From the NCBI GenBank assembly GCA_965223295.1, contig CBDCWC010000003.1, forward strand, positions 640,001 to 704,000: DNA of 64,000 bases, read 5' to 3'. A program made the position numbers and the translations under genes. Origin of the DNA: Nitrospirales bacterium (GTDB lineage: Bacteria; Nitrospirota; Nitrospiria; Nitrospirales; UBA8639). Within the stretch, counting starts at the first letter, position 1. Each line of letters opens with the position of its first letter. The notes beneath the pieces were generated by a model that was not told where the DNA came from, did no database searches, and worked only from the letters and a program-made list of their open reading frames with translations. Of this stretch, positions 1 to 10,711 are shown in pieces.

Positions 1-249
<249 letters not shown>

Positions 250-444
250 ATTTATATCAAACCATGCCAAGGTCAAATCATGACTAAACGATTACCTCTC
301 CCTTTTAATTTCGCCATACTGACTAACAAGGCGGCTTAGAAAATAGCCGCGTTCTTCCCAACCCTCTCACCTCCTCAAAAGCGCCACCTTTTCTTTCCCA
401 ACCCTTTGTTCTTGAATTCTCAGGCACATATGCGAAAATACATC

Positions 445-840
445 ATGCGATGCCCTTTATGCGGAACAACCCTTGCCCCTTTCGAGAAGCATCATCTCCA
501 TTTGGATCGATGTCCAGAAGGTCATGGAATCTGGTTTGATAGGGGAGAATTAGTGGCTTACAGGAAAAACCACTCGGACACCGAAAAACCATCTAGAGAA
601 GAGGATCATTGCTTCCAACCATTCCCTGGAGAGACAGTAAAAGACTGCCCACGATGCCGCAGAGCAACGCTAGAACCAGGGCATCTGTATAAGTTGAAGC
701 TCTATCATTGTATGACATGTCATGGTGTCTTTTTAGGGCAACCGATGAACATCAGACAAGAAGACCATGACTCGATTGGAGTAGAAGGAATCGAAATTGG
801 ATCGTCGATCATTGAGATCATCGTCACTGCATTTGGATAG
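445..840 (+). CDS. Tandem zinc-ribbon protein (zf-TFIIB-like)
   Basis: Two repeats: CPLC...RCPEGHGIWFDRGEL and CPRC...CMTCHGVFL; start chosen at MRCPLC (ORF extends to 406). Confidence 0.75.
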   Translation: MRCPLCGTTLAPFEKHHLHLDRCPEGHGIWFDRGELVAYRKNHSDTEKPSREEDHCFQPFPGETVKDCPRCRRATLEPGHLYKLKLYHCMTCHGVFLGQPMNIRQEDHDSIGVEGIEIGSSIIEIIVTAFG

Positions 841-918
841 GTAGATTTTTCCTTAGTTGTCTGAGGGAAACCTGCCCTTTAACCAACAGTCAAATTGATA
901 TAAGTTTGGAGAGCTCAA

Positions 919-2676
919 CTACAACAGCGGTTCGCTGGAGAGGAGGGAGAAACCGCCATGTTCGAGAACGACCGTCCAATCAGAGACAGTGTCAGGAATC
1001 TCGTGACGAAGATGTGTTTGAAGGATCATCATTTTTTTACCTGAGGCTGCCACATGCTCTTGCCATTCTTGCTCATCACGTGGTCCGAGAAAATGTACTT
1101 TGCCTTGGGCATAGAAACTCAGGGATGGGCGTTTTCGTCCAACCTGCAAGAGACGATCATCTCTTTTCAGATTGTACCCGGCAATCGTCGCTAAATGTTG
1201 AGGAGGTTCGATGAAATACATGTGATACACAGGAAGAGCGCCTTTCACCAAGAACAAACCAAAAATCACCATCATTCCGCCAGCTATTCCGACCGCCCAT
1301 GGCCGCTTCGTTTCTGAGTCAAGACAATATCGGATACCCATGGTCCCCAGAATCATGGTCAATCCCATCACAAGGGGAAGCCATCCAAAATCCACATCCA
1401 TGGCTGCCGGAAATTCCTTGGCAATTTGCTTAATAAAGTGCTGAAATAGGGCTGGTACGGCAATAATGGCAATCCCCAGGAGATAGCCTGTCCCGAGAAG
1501 CAGCCAGCGAGGACTTCCCCAGGCTGCAAATGCTGGCTGGGCTTGGAAGCGTTTCCACCACAAAGCCACCAAGATGGCTGATGCAGGGAACAGAGGATAA
1601 ATGTAATGCGGAAGGCGCGTGGCTGATAGCGTAAAAAAGATCAGCAACCCTACGACCCAGAGACTAAGAAAATATTCGAGATTCTGTTCTTGAGTAGCAA
1701 AACCTTTCCCGTTCCAATAGCCTTTCCATGCTTTCAGAGATTGATAAAGTACGGACGGCAGAAACGCACTCCAAGGGAAAAATCCTAGCAAGAGAATCGG
1801 CACATAAAAAAAGAGAGTCCCTCCATGACCTTCCATTGGGTTCATGAAGCGCCCGGTCGTATTGGCTTGTGCCGCAGCCCAATAGGCTTCGCCATGAATT
1901 TGGAACATTGCCACATACCAAGGAGCCGCAACGATCAGGACAAGACATGTGCCAAGTAGAGGAAGCCCCTTTTGCCAAAAAGATGTCCATTGGCGGGTGA
2001 GGAGGAGATAGGGGAGAACGCCCACCAGTGGAATAATGATGCCAACTGGTCCTTTGACCAACATACCAAAACCCATGGCCAGATAAAAACAGAGAAACCA
2101 CCACCGACTCTTTTTCCTGGACCTATTGAGCCCTTGCCAAAAGCTATAGCCTGCCAATGTCGTAAACAGGACAAGTTCCGGATCAGTCAGCACAAGCCGA
2201 TTGATGGCGAGAAATTCCATATTCAGCAGCAACATGATTGACGAAAGCCAAGCCATTGGCGCACCAAGCCATCGATAGACAAACGCATACTGCAACAACA
2301 GAACCCCAAGACCTGAAATTGCTGAGGGAAACCGCGCCGCAAATTCATTGACACCGAACAGCATATACGAACCGCTAATAAGCCAATACACAAAGGCTGG
2401 CTTGGCAAACCGTGGCTCATAATTCAGAGTAGGTGAAATCCAATCGCCGGTTTCCAGCATTTCTCTCGCGGCTTCAGCGTTACTCCCTTCATCTCGATCA
2501 GTGAGGCCTAAGCTGCTCATCTCCAAGCCCCCTAACCATCCTCCTTCTAGACCAAACAGCCAGATACCCAGCACGAAGAGCACAACCACATGGAAAACTG
2601 AGGAATGTGAAAACGTGGATTGAACGTCAAAAGAAGACGTTGAAGATGAGCCGGATGAAATGGAAAGATTATCCAC
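919..2676 (-). CDS. ArnT/GT39-like glycosyltransferase (lipid A or phospholipid modification)
   Basis: DRDEG..AEAAREM..GDW..P.LN...RFAKP, EFAARFPSA and KGPVG motifs; many TM helices. Confidence 0.85.
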   Translation of the reverse strand: MDNLSISSGSSSTSSFDVQSTFSHSSVFHVVVLFVLGIWLFGLEGGWLGGLEMSSLGLTDRDEGSNAEAAREMLETGDWISPTLNYEPRFAKPAFVYWLISGSYMLFGVNEFAARFPSAISGLGVLLLQYAFVYRWLGAPMAWLSSIMLLLNMEFLAINRLVLTDPELVLFTTLAGYSFWQGLNRSRKKSRWWFLCFYLAMGFGMLVKGPVGIIIPLVGVLPYLLLTRQWTSFWQKGLPLLGTCLVLIVAAPWYVAMFQIHGEAYWAAAQANTTGRFMNPMEGHGGTLFFYVPILLLGFFPWSAFLPSVLYQSLKAWKGYWNGKGFATQEQNLEYFLSLWVVGLLIFFTLSATRLPHYIYPLFPASAILVALWWKRFQAQPAFAAWGSPRWLLLGTGYLLGIAIIAVPALFQHFIKQIAKEFPAAMDVDFGWLPLVMGLTMILGTMGIRYCLDSETKRPWAVGIAGGMMVIFGLFLVKGALPVYHMYFIEPPQHLATIAGYNLKRDDRLLQVGRKRPSLSFYAQGKVHFLGPRDEQEWQEHVAASGKKMMILQTHLRHEIPDTVSDWTVVLEHGGFSLLSSEPLL

Positions 2677-2965
2677 TCATCGCTCGCTTCTTGGCACGAT
2701 GGAGGAGAACAAGATTCCGCACATACACCACAGTCCCTACGCTTTGGCCCGCGATAAAGACCGGGTCGACTCGATGAAGCGCATAGGCCAAAACAATGAC
2801 ACTTCCGATTAAACTCATATACCAAAATGAGATGGGGATATGACTTTCTTCCCGCCGTTCCGACGAAGCCCATTGTAAGAGCCATCGTGAAAAAAACAGG
2901 CTTTGGCCAAAAAACCCAATGCCTAACCAGATCAGCTCACTTGTAGACAATGAGGCAAAATCCAT
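2669..2965 (-). CDS. Stand-alone lipid A biosynthesis N-terminal (LAB_N) membrane protein
   Basis: IGFFGQSLFFSRWLLQW.SSE...S.IP..FWYMSL.G...DPVFI.GQ....YVRNL signature. Confidence 0.85.
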   Translation of the reverse strand: MDFASLSTSELIWLGIGFFGQSLFFSRWLLQWASSERREESHIPISFWYMSLIGSVIVLAYALHRVDPVFIAGQSVGTVVYVRNLVLLHRAKKRAMSG

Positions 2966-2969
2966 TTAT

Positions 2970-3731
2970 TCACAACGACTTTTCGGATTGCGAACGGCGA
3001 GGTTCCCGCCAGGTATAATTCAGACACCGCTTTTGCATCCAGCGAACTGCAAACAGATCATACAGGCCAACAAACAATCGATTGCCGACTCCATATTTGG
3101 ATGCCCCATGCACTCGAGGGAAATGCTGCACGGGAACTTCTGTCACGGTAAACCCATACATTTGAGCCAAAGCCGGAAAGAAGCGGTGCATATTTTTAAA
3201 CAAGGGCATGCGTTCAATGACCCTTCGTCGAAAAATCTTCAGTGAACATCCCGTGTCGGTCACGCCATCACGCACGACCCAATTACGTACCTGATTGGCA
3301 ATTCTAGATGACCACCGCCGCACCACATTATCATGTCGGGCTGCGCGTCGCCCGCAAACCAAATCAACCTGCTGACTAAGGGGAATCAACTTTGAAAAAT
3401 CGTTGGGATCATATTGCAAATCTCCGTCCATTGTCGCAACAAGTTCCCCATTTGCCTGCTGAAAACCTGCATCAAACGCGGCAGTTTGTCCATGATTTCG
3501 GTCTAGATGAATCACTCGCACAATCTCGTATTGTTGTGCTAATTCATCCAAAATCTGCCCGCTACCATCCGTACTCCCATCGTTCACAAAGAGGAGTTCA
3601 AATGACGCATCCTGACTTTCAGGCCGAGTTTCAAAAAATTCAAGCAATTGGCTGGCTAACAGCGGAATGTTGTCCCGTTCATCTTTAATGGGAATAACAA
3701 CCGAAATCCATGGAGGGCAAGGAATGTTCAT
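2970..3731 (-). CDS. GT2 polyprenyl-phosphate glycosyltransferase (ArnC/DPM1-like)
   Basis: ISVVIP, VNDGSTDGS, NHGQTAA, TMDGDLQYDP, DTGCSLK and MHRFFPAL motifs. Confidence 0.9.
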   Translation of the reverse strand: MNIPCPPWISVVIPIKDERDNIPLLASQLLEFFETRPESQDASFELLFVNDGSTDGSGQILDELAQQYEIVRVIHLDRNHGQTAAFDAGFQQANGELVATMDGDLQYDPNDFSKLIPLSQQVDLVCGRRAARHDNVVRRWSSRIANQVRNWVVRDGVTDTGCSLKIFRRRVIERMPLFKNMHRFFPALAQMYGFTVTEVPVQHFPRVHGASKYGVGNRLFVGLYDLFAVRWMQKRCLNYTWREPRRSQSEKSL

Positions 3732-3735
3732 CAAG

Positions 3736-3924
3736 GGGAGTGTTGAATAATGAGGATATCAAAGGCTGTATTTCGCCATAACACCCTTGGCGATCAACAA
3801 CGTCGAGCCGGTTCAAAAAAGTCCGCTTGTCTGTGCCAAGCCGCTTTCAGCCTTCGTAGCCACTGCGGCGAAGTAGGCCCAGCGAAAGCAGGGAACGCCG
3901 CTGGCGGATTTTTTCAACGGACCC
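3736..3924 (+). repeat. MITE family A, copy 1 (core replaced by another palindromic repeat)
   Basis: GGGAGTGTTGAATAA...GAACGCCGCTGGCGGATTTTTTCAACGGACCC; flanks TCAAG/TGAAG (4/5 target duplication). Confidence 0.85.
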
Positions 3925-4001
3925 TGAAGTGAACGACGTAGGCTGCGTGCCTTTTCTCTTTGAAAACCATGCACGGTCAGGGACTCCAACGCGGCTCGGG
4001 C

Positions 4002-4031
4002 ATTCTACTGAATCCCTGAAAAACCGGTCAA
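4002..4031 (-). promoter_or_regulatory. Putative sigma70 promoter for the GT2-LAB_N-ArnT operon
   Basis: TTGACC-N18-TAGAAT on the minus strand. Confidence 0.5.
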
Positions 4032-4167
4032 ACGGGTCAAAGGCAGCACGTGAAATCTACGCTTTGAAAGGCTGAATGAATAAACAACAACTAGACTAGT
4101 AGCATAACGGAAAGTTGACCAAAGGAATGGGCTTTTGTAAGGTGAACGTTATTTTCTCGGAGGACTC

Positions 4168-4425
4168 TTGATGCAAGAAGATATCGTGCAGGCCTATATG
4201 GAAATTGAGCAAGCCATGCAGCGCTACTCGCTGTTGCTGGACGAACATGTCAAGGCGCTACAAACGAGTAAAGACCAGAAAGACCAGGCAAAATTTGAAC
4301 GGATGAAGGCGGGGTCAAAGGCTATGAGAGACAGTAGTCAAATCTACCTCTCGTATGCGAAGTTTGTGGCCTATGGCATGCCTGAAAGCGAAGACCTTAT
4401 TGAGGATGAAGACTTACAAAGTTAA
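4168..4425 (+). CDS. Small helical hypothetical protein with acidic tail
   Basis: GGAGGA RBS; TTGACC-N17-TAAGGT upstream; no recognisable family. Confidence 0.7.
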   Translation: MMQEDIVQAYMEIEQAMQRYSLLLDEHVKALQTSKDQKDQAKFERMKAGSKAMRDSSQIYLSYAKFVAYGMPESEDLIEDEDLQS

Positions 4426-4493
4426 AATGAGAACCAAAAAGAGAGAATCCTCTTGCCTCTCACTCCTCCCTTTTCACGCCTGATTTTAAAATT

Positions 4494-4570
4494 TGGTCGG
4501 GGCGAGCCGATTTGAACGGCCGACCTCTCGCACCCCAAGCGAGTGCGCTACCGGGCTGCGCCACGCCCCG
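4494..4570 (-). tRNA. tRNA-Pro(GGG)
   Basis: CGGGGCG...CGCCCCG-A-CCA cloverleaf; anticodon arm CTCGC-TTGGGGT-GCGAG; GTTCAAATC T-loop. Confidence 0.95.
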
Positions 4571-4611
4571 ACAATTGGTGTACTACGTTATCTGAGATGT
4601 TGACTGTAAAA

Positions 4612-4971
4612 TTAAGCTGATTGTCGATCTAGGATCTTCAAGATCAATTGCAATTCTGATTTGGCTTTTTCCACACGATCCTTTGACACTTGAACGGACT
4701 TCCCACTTCGTTTCTTCCGGTACCAAAATCGTTTTAGCCCAGCAATGGTATAGCCTTCTTCATACAGCATCCGTTTAATTTCAAAAATCGTTTCAATATC
4801 TGATTTCGTATATATTCGGTGTTTTCCCTGACTTTTTTTGGGTTTGAGGAAAATGAACTCGGATTCCCAAAATCGCAGCACATACGATGGAAGATTCGTG
4901 AGGGATGCGACCTCCCCAATCTTGTACCCTGTCTTTTCCTCGTGTTTCGTGCCTGTTCCCATGCCTGTCAT
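4612..4971 (-). CDS. MerR-family transcriptional regulator
   Basis: YKIGEVA...YVLRFWESEF..LKP.K....R.Y...LYEEGYTI.G; conserved ihfA-merR-tRNA-Pro synteny. Confidence 0.9.
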   Translation of the reverse strand: MTGMGTGTKHEEKTGYKIGEVASLTNLPSYVLRFWESEFIFLKPKKSQGKHRIYTKSDIETIFEIKRMLYEEGYTIAGLKRFWYRKKRSGKSVQVSKDRVEKAKSELQLILKILDRQSA

Positions 4972-4999
4972 ACCATGGTGAATTTACAAGCCTTGGCCT

Positions 5000-5275
5000 T
5001 CAGGAATTGACATATTGCTTAAAGAGCGCACTTGGTCGAAATGTGACAACCCGACGGGGGGTGATGGCAATTTCTTCCCCAGTTCTTGGATTCCTTCCCT
5101 TTCTTTCCCCTTTGTTACGAACCACAAAATTACCAAATCCGGCAATTTTCACGACTTCCCCTTGTTTCATCATGGCCTTGATTAAATCCAAAACTTGCTC
5201 CACCATTTCCATGGCCTCAGCTTTTTGGATTCCAGCCGTTTCTGTAATGATGTCGGCGATGTCCGCCTTCCGCAT
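5000..5275 (-). CDS. ihfA: Integration host factor subunit alpha
   Basis: VKIAGFGNF.VR.K..RKGRNPRTGEEI.ITPRRVVTFRPS. Confidence 0.9.
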   Translation of the reverse strand: MRKADIADIITETAGIQKAEAMEMVEQVLDLIKAMMKQGEVVKIAGFGNFVVRNKGERKGRNPRTGEEIAITPRRVVTFRPSALFKQYVNS

Positions 5276-5356
5276 AATCAGTACCCCCTTACAAAGACTA
5301 TTGAAAGGAGTGAAAATGGACGGTGTGCCCGATCTCCCGTTGGTGTCGAATGATCA

Positions 5357-5385
5357 AACGTAACCTCACTTAGGATGGTTGTCAA
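5357..5385 (-). promoter_or_regulatory. Putative sigma70 promoter of ihfA
   Basis: TTGACA-N17-TACGTT. Confidence 0.5.
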
Positions 5386-5438
5386 GAAGATATAATCTTC
5401 TGGTTATCACCAGATCTTTCCCACGCCACGCTCTGGAA

Positions 5439-7040
5439 CTACTCAGAGGAGGAGGCATCGCGCATTAATTTATATTCAATACTGTCGGCTAAGGCCTGCC
5501 AACTCGCTTCAATAATATTCTCGGATACGCCAACCGTGCCCCATTTTTCCTTCTGATCTCCGGACTCGATCAGCACTCTGACCCGTGAGCCGGTCCCATG
5601 CCGACCAGTTAAGACACGAACTTTATAGTCTAAAAGTTTCACATCTCGTAATTGTGGATAAAAATTCTCTAGGGCTTTACGTAGCGCATGATCAAGTGCG
5701 TTCACCGGCCCATCCCCTACAGCCGCCGTATGTTCGATCACATTGCCAACTTTCACCATAATCGTGGCTTCTGAGATGGATTCTTCATGAGTTTTACGTT
5801 TCTCAACAATAATACGGCACCCTAGCAGCTCGAACGAAGGTGCATGCGTTCCCAGCGCTTTGCGCACGAGCAGTTCAAACGATCCTTCGGCCCCCTCAAA
5901 TTGATACCCTTCGTACTCCAAGGTTTTCAGAGAACCCAACAACTCTTGAACCTTGGGATTATCCTGAGGGAGGTCCAACCCAAACGTTTCCATCTTGCTA
6001 AACACCGCGCTCCGCCCACTATTATCAGAAATCAGGACTCGACGCACATTCCCAACTTGCTCGGGCTGAACATGTTCATAGGTCAGGGGGTTTTTTTGAA
6101 CCGCATGAATATGCACACCCCCTTTATGAGCAAACGCCGTATCTCCAACATAGGGCTGCCGTTTATTCGGGAGAAGATTCGCCATTTCTGCAACATAGTG
6201 TGAAATGGCGCGAAGGTGCGCTAACCGGCCGTCACTCACTGCAGTCTTACCCATTTTCAATTCTAAATTAGCCATGATGGAACAGAGATTAGCGTTGCCG
6301 CACCGCTCGCCAATACCATTGATCGTCCCCTGAATGTGACTGGCACCCGCCTCAACCGCAACCAAGGAATTGGCTACTCCCATCTCGGCATCATTATGCG
6401 CATGAATGCCCACTGGGACGGGGCATTGCTCACGAACTGTTGAGACAATGCCTTGAATCTCCCAAGGCATAGAGCCACCATTGGTATCACACAACACAAT
6501 ACGTTCAGCGCCAGCTTGAATGGCCGCTGTGATTGTCTTTATGGCATAGGTGGGGTCCGTTTTATACCCGTCGAAAAAGTGTTCCGCATCGTAAAACACC
6601 TGTCTCCCTTGAGAACGGAGAAACGCAATGGAATCTGAAATAAGCTCCAGGTTTATCGCTAAGGTTGTCTCCAGTGCTTCCGTAACATGCAACGTCCAGC
6701 TTTTGCCAAATATCGTGACAATCTCTGTTTCCGCAGCAAGCAAAGCCTCAAGCGTCGGATCATCATGGGCGGAGTTCTTGGCCTTTCTTGTCGAACCAAA
6801 GGCCACAATCTTTGCCCGTTGAAGCGGAGTGGCTTTCATGATTTGGAAAAATTCAATATCCTTAGGATTCGCGCCCGGCCATCCACCTTCGATGAAATGC
6901 ACACCAAGCTCATCGAGTTTAAGCGCAATACGCACCTTATCTTCGACCGAAAAGCTGACGTCTTCAGCCTGCGAACCGTCACGCAAGGTCGTATCATACA
7001 TTTCAATAGTGGGTGTTGTTGCCATACCGCTCAACGTCAT
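5439..7040 (-). CDS. cimA: (R)-citramalate synthase
   Basis: [32 protein letters not shown] and HKGGVH motifs; LeuA-type regulatory domain. Confidence 0.9.
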   Translation of the reverse strand: MTLSGMATTPTIEMYDTTLRDGSQAEDVSFSVEDKVRIALKLDELGVHFIEGGWPGANPKDIEFFQIMKATPLQRAKIVAFGSTRKAKNSAHDDPTLEALLAAETEIVTIFGKSWTLHVTEALETTLAINLELISDSIAFLRSQGRQVFYDAEHFFDGYKTDPTYAIKTITAAIQAGAERIVLCDTNGGSMPWEIQGIVSTVREQCPVPVGIHAHNDAEMGVANSLVAVEAGASHIQGTINGIGERCGNANLCSIMANLELKMGKTAVSDGRLAHLRAISHYVAEMANLLPNKRQPYVGDTAFAHKGGVHIHAVQKNPLTYEHVQPEQVGNVRRVLISDNSGRSAVFSKMETFGLDLPQDNPKVQELLGSLKTLEYEGYQFEGAEGSFELLVRKALGTHAPSFELLGCRIIVEKRKTHEESISEATIMVKVGNVIEHTAAVGDGPVNALDHALRKALENFYPQLRDVKLLDYKVRVLTGRHGTGSRVRVLIESGDQKEKWGTVGVSENIIEASWQALADSIEYKLMRDASSSE

Positions 7041-7068
7041 AACCTGTTTGCATTCATTAGCAAAAAAT

Positions 7069-8295
7069 TCACCCCTTTGGATCGCGGTCTAAACCAAATT
7101 CTTGATGGAGGCCTCGCACGGCTAATTCCATATATTTTTCTTCCACGACACAGGAAATTTTAATTTCCGAGGTGCTAATCATCATGATATTGACTCCATC
7201 TCGAGATAGGGTCGCAAACATGCGCGCGGCCACTCCCGAATGAGACCGCATCCCCACACCCACCATAGAGACTTTGGCGATCGCTTCATTGACTTCGACT
7301 GTCCGAGCATTGACAGATTTAGCCAGATCTCGAACCAAATTCATGGCAGGAGTCAAATCGCCTCTTGGTATCGTGAAAGAAATATCAGTCAGAGATTCTT
7401 GACTGACATTTTGAATAATCATATCGACATTAATTGCGGATTCCGCAATTGCTGTAAAAAGTTTGGCCGCAATACCAGGATGATCCGGGACACCAACCAC
7501 CGTGATCTTGGCCTGATTGCGATCGCCTGTTACTCCTGAAACTAAAACTTGTTCCATATCTGCATCCTCTTTTACCACACGAGTTCCTGGCCCGTCTTGA
7601 AAGCTGGATCGCACTTCTACAGGCACTTGATGCTTGGCAGCCAGTTCAACTGAACGTGTCTGTAAGACTTTGGCACCCAGACTCGCCAGTTCCAACATTT
7701 CTTCATAGGAAATTTTCTCTAAGCGTCGAGCTGAGGGGACCATATTCGGATCGGCCGTGTACACCCCATCCACATCCGTATAGATAAAACAGGTGTCCGC
7801 GTTCAGCGCAGCGGCTAAGACCATCGCTGTAAGATCCGACCCACCCCGCCCAAGCGTCGTGACATCCGAGGCTTCATTAATTCCTTGAAACCCCGCCACA
7901 ATCGGCACGATGCCATTCTCTAAATCTGCACGGACTCGCTTGGTCTCGATTCTCGAGACCCGCGCTTTGGTATGCGCCCCATCGGTAAAAATTCCCACTT
8001 GCCGTCCAGTCAATGATCGGGCATTGATGCCTAAGCTCTTTAACATAATGGCCATGAGCGCAATCGTGACGCGTTCTCCAGAAGACAGTAAGACATCCAT
8101 CTCCCGATCATCGGGACATACGCTTAATTCCTTGGCCATTTGGGTCAGTCGGTTCGTCTCTCCACTCATCGCGGAGAGAACGACGACCACTTGATGCCCA
8201 TCGCGACAGGTCTTATCAATAATCCGTGCGACATGTTGAATACGCTCAATACTGCCGACCGACGTTCCCCCAAATTTTTGAACATAGCAAGCCAT
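7069..8295 (-). CDS. lysC: Aspartate kinase
   Basis: [19 protein letters not shown] and [10 protein letters not shown] motifs; two ACT domains. Confidence 0.95.
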   Translation of the reverse strand: MACYVQKFGGTSVGSIERIQHVARIIDKTCRDGHQVVVVLSAMSGETNRLTQMAKELSVCPDDREMDVLLSSGERVTIALMAIMLKSLGINARSLTGRQVGIFTDGAHTKARVSRIETKRVRADLENGIVPIVAGFQGINEASDVTTLGRGGSDLTAMVLAAALNADTCFIYTDVDGVYTADPNMVPSARRLEKISYEEMLELASLGAKVLQTRSVELAAKHQVPVEVRSSFQDGPGTRVVKEDADMEQVLVSGVTGDRNQAKITVVGVPDHPGIAAKLFTAIAESAINVDMIIQNVSQESLTDISFTIPRGDLTPAMNLVRDLAKSVNARTVEVNEAIAKVSMVGVGMRSHSGVAARMFATLSRDGVNIMMISTSEIKISCVVEEKYMELAVRGLHQEFGLDRDPKG

Positions 8296-8300
8296 TTGAT

Positions 8301-9536
8301 TTACGCGTTCCCAAAAAATCTAGCTAAGAAGGTCGAGGCATTCCGTAGCGGATGGTGTGCGGCTTCCTGTTCATTAAAGGCAACACCTGAATGCCCCTCT
8401 CCAACATTCTGTCCATCATACAGCACATAGGGCACGACGGGTTTCGCAGTCTGGGATTCTTGTCTGGAATCTGATGTACAAACCACGAACAATTGAGCAT
8501 CTTCAGACCCTGCACAAAAGTCTCGTAGGGTTCCGATCACATGCTCATCGAGACATTGTAAATATTCTTGATAGCGAGTTGATGAGTCTGATTCTTTAAT
8601 GGGTCTCAATTCTTTTGAAAAGGGAACATGCAGACAGACGAAATTCTGTTTCTCTGTCCCTACAACAGCCATCTTTGCCAGACGTTGAAACTTCTCTGAT
8701 TCCTGCTCTTCCTGGTCGTCAACTGTGGCTGCCTGCAGACCGCTCGCTATTCCGACCCCCCGATAAGAGCCACTTGGTGAAAGGACGGAACCAGTGATCG
8801 GCCATCGTTCATTGAGCAACGGCATTTCAACTGGCTTCCCCGCTCCCCACAACCACAAACAGTTGAGTGGTTTCAGCCCGGCCGTCATCCGTTCTTGATT
8901 AATAGGATGATGCTGAAGAATAACGCGAGAGGCTTCCATTAACTCATGCAATGTCTTGGCTCCATCTCCAGAGGGCAAAACGGCACCGAGTGATTGCCCA
9001 AGAACCTGCTGAGGATTCCAAGAACGAATTTTTGCATGACCTCCAACCCAAACCATGAGATGACGAGAGTGATGCCCCTTATAAAATTGAATGTTTTCTG
9101 AGACTAATTGGTCGTTGATCGTATCAAGAAGCTCCCGAGCATCTTCTAATTCTAATCCCTCTGCGGAAATATCATCCAACAACAACGACGGGCCCAGTTT
9201 TTTCCCCTCACCCCAGCCCTCCTCGGCACGCACAGTGACAAAATCACACAGAAAAGCTACGTCATGGGAATCCAGGGTGACTTCTAAACTAATGCTTTCG
9301 AACGTACCAGGCCCCGAATAAAATTTTTTCGTGTCATAGCCTAGCAGAGCTAACAATGCCAGTTCCCCAACAAAGGGTCGAGATTCATTGGGAACACCCA
9401 GACGCCCCAACTCCCCGTGTTGGGCCAGATCGTCAAGATGAGGAGTCCGAGCTGCTTCCAACAGGGTACGAGTCCCTCGATCATCGAGGGAATGATTGGA
9501 AAGTCCATCGATGTGAACCATGACCGTTTTTTTCAC
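8301..9536 (-). CDS. ApgM-like (cofactor-independent phosphoglycerate mutase / proposed homoserine kinase family) protein with degenerate catalytic motifs
   Basis: DG...[20 protein letters not shown] and HPINQER...[12 protein letters not shown] match ApgM; PGSD, DExGH and DH motifs absent. Confidence 0.8.
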   Translation of the reverse strand: MKKTVMVHIDGLSNHSLDDRGTRTLLEAARTPHLDDLAQHGELGRLGVPNESRPFVGELALLALLGYDTKKFYSGPGTFESISLEVTLDSHDVAFLCDFVTVRAEEGWGEGKKLGPSLLLDDISAEGLELEDARELLDTINDQLVSENIQFYKGHHSRHLMVWVGGHAKIRSWNPQQVLGQSLGAVLPSGDGAKTLHELMEASRVILQHHPINQERMTAGLKPLNCLWLWGAGKPVEMPLLNERWPITGSVLSPSGSYRGVGIASGLQAATVDDQEEQESEKFQRLAKMAVVGTEKQNFVCLHVPFSKELRPIKESDSSTRYQEYLQCLDEHVIGTLRDFCAGSEDAQLFVVCTSDSRQESQTAKPVVPYVLYDGQNVGEGHSGVAFNEQEAAHHPLRNASTFLARFFGNA

Positions 9537-9608
9537 GATCCTTGCCTCACAATTAAGGGTTTAGAAATAGAGGGGTATAGTGAATAGATGCGTGGCCACG
9601 AAGAACGA

Positions 9609-10670
9609 TTAGCTCGTGAGTTGAGTCGCAACAGCCTCGCGAGTTGCAGCAACGGTCACTGGTCGATACGACACAGATAATCCCGTATCAGGATCCTTTA
9701 ATCCATGGCCGGTCAATGTACAGACAATCGTGCCTTCTTCAGGCAAGAGGCCCTCACCATTGAGCTTCGTAATTCCGGCTATCGATGCCGCGGACGCGGG
9801 TTCGCAAAACACCCCTTCTTCACAGGCCACCATTTGATAGGCCTGAAGAATTTCCTCATCTGTCACCATATGCAAACACCCATGGGACTCTTCTACCGCT
9901 TTCAGTGCCAACGTCCAACTGGCTGGATTACCAATTCGAATGGCTGAGGCCACGGTCTGAGGTGATTCCACGACATGTCCCCTGACCAGTGGAGCGGCAC
10001 CTTCTGCTTGAAACCCAAACATGCGCGGCTTGCCTTGGGTTTGACCAGCCTGCTCATATTCCTGATAGCCCCGCCAATAGGCTGTAATATTTCCGGCATT
10101 CCCGACAGGAAGCGCATGAATGACCGGAGCACATCCTCCAAGCTGATCGCACACCTCCATTGCAGCCGTTTTTTGACCTTCCAACCGAAAGGGATTGAGG
10201 GAATTCACGAGTTCAATAGCGGTTTCTTCACATAAGGTTTTCACAATCGTCAAGGCTTGATCGAAGTTCCCATCGATTTGGATAACACGTGCCCCATGCA
10301 TGAGTGCTTGAGTCAATTTGCCCAAAGCAATCTTTCCTGCAGGAACGACCACATACACTGGCAAGCCGGCTTTGGCAGCATAGGCCGCAGCTGAGGCTGA
10401 GGTATTCCCCGTCGAGGCACACATGAGCCCCTTGGCGTTTTTTTCCATGGCCTTCGACACCGCCATCGTCATTCCCCGATCTTTAAACGACCCGGTGGGA
10501 TTGGCCCCTTCAATTTTCAAAAATAATTCCCGTCCCGGACAGACTTGTTTGGCGAGCCGGTTGGCTGGAATAAGAGGGGTATGCCCTTCTTGCAAGGACA
10601 CAATAGGCGTGTGATCGCTGACGGGAAGAAACTTCCGGTACTCCTCAATAATGCCACGCCAAGGTATCAT
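9609..10670 (-). CDS. thrC: Threonine synthase
   Basis: EGANPTGSFKDRGM (PLP lysine), CASTGNTSAS and LTGHGLKDP; start likely MIPWRG. Confidence 0.95.
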   Translation of the reverse strand: MIPWRGIIEEYRKFLPVSDHTPIVSLQEGHTPLIPANRLAKQVCPGRELFLKIEGANPTGSFKDRGMTMAVSKAMEKNAKGLMCASTGNTSASAAAYAAKAGLPVYVVVPAGKIALGKLTQALMHGARVIQIDGNFDQALTIVKTLCEETAIELVNSLNPFRLEGQKTAAMEVCDQLGGCAPVIHALPVGNAGNITAYWRGYQEYEQAGQTQGKPRMFGFQAEGAAPLVRGHVVESPQTVASAIRIGNPASWTLALKAVEESHGCLHMVTDEEILQAYQMVACEEGVFCEPASAASIAGITKLNGEGLLPEEGTIVCTLTGHGLKDPDTGLSVSYRPVTVAATREAVATQLTS

Positions 10671-10711
10671 AGGTGTTCTTTCGCCTCTATCGGCCAAGAC
10701 CAACTGAAGAT

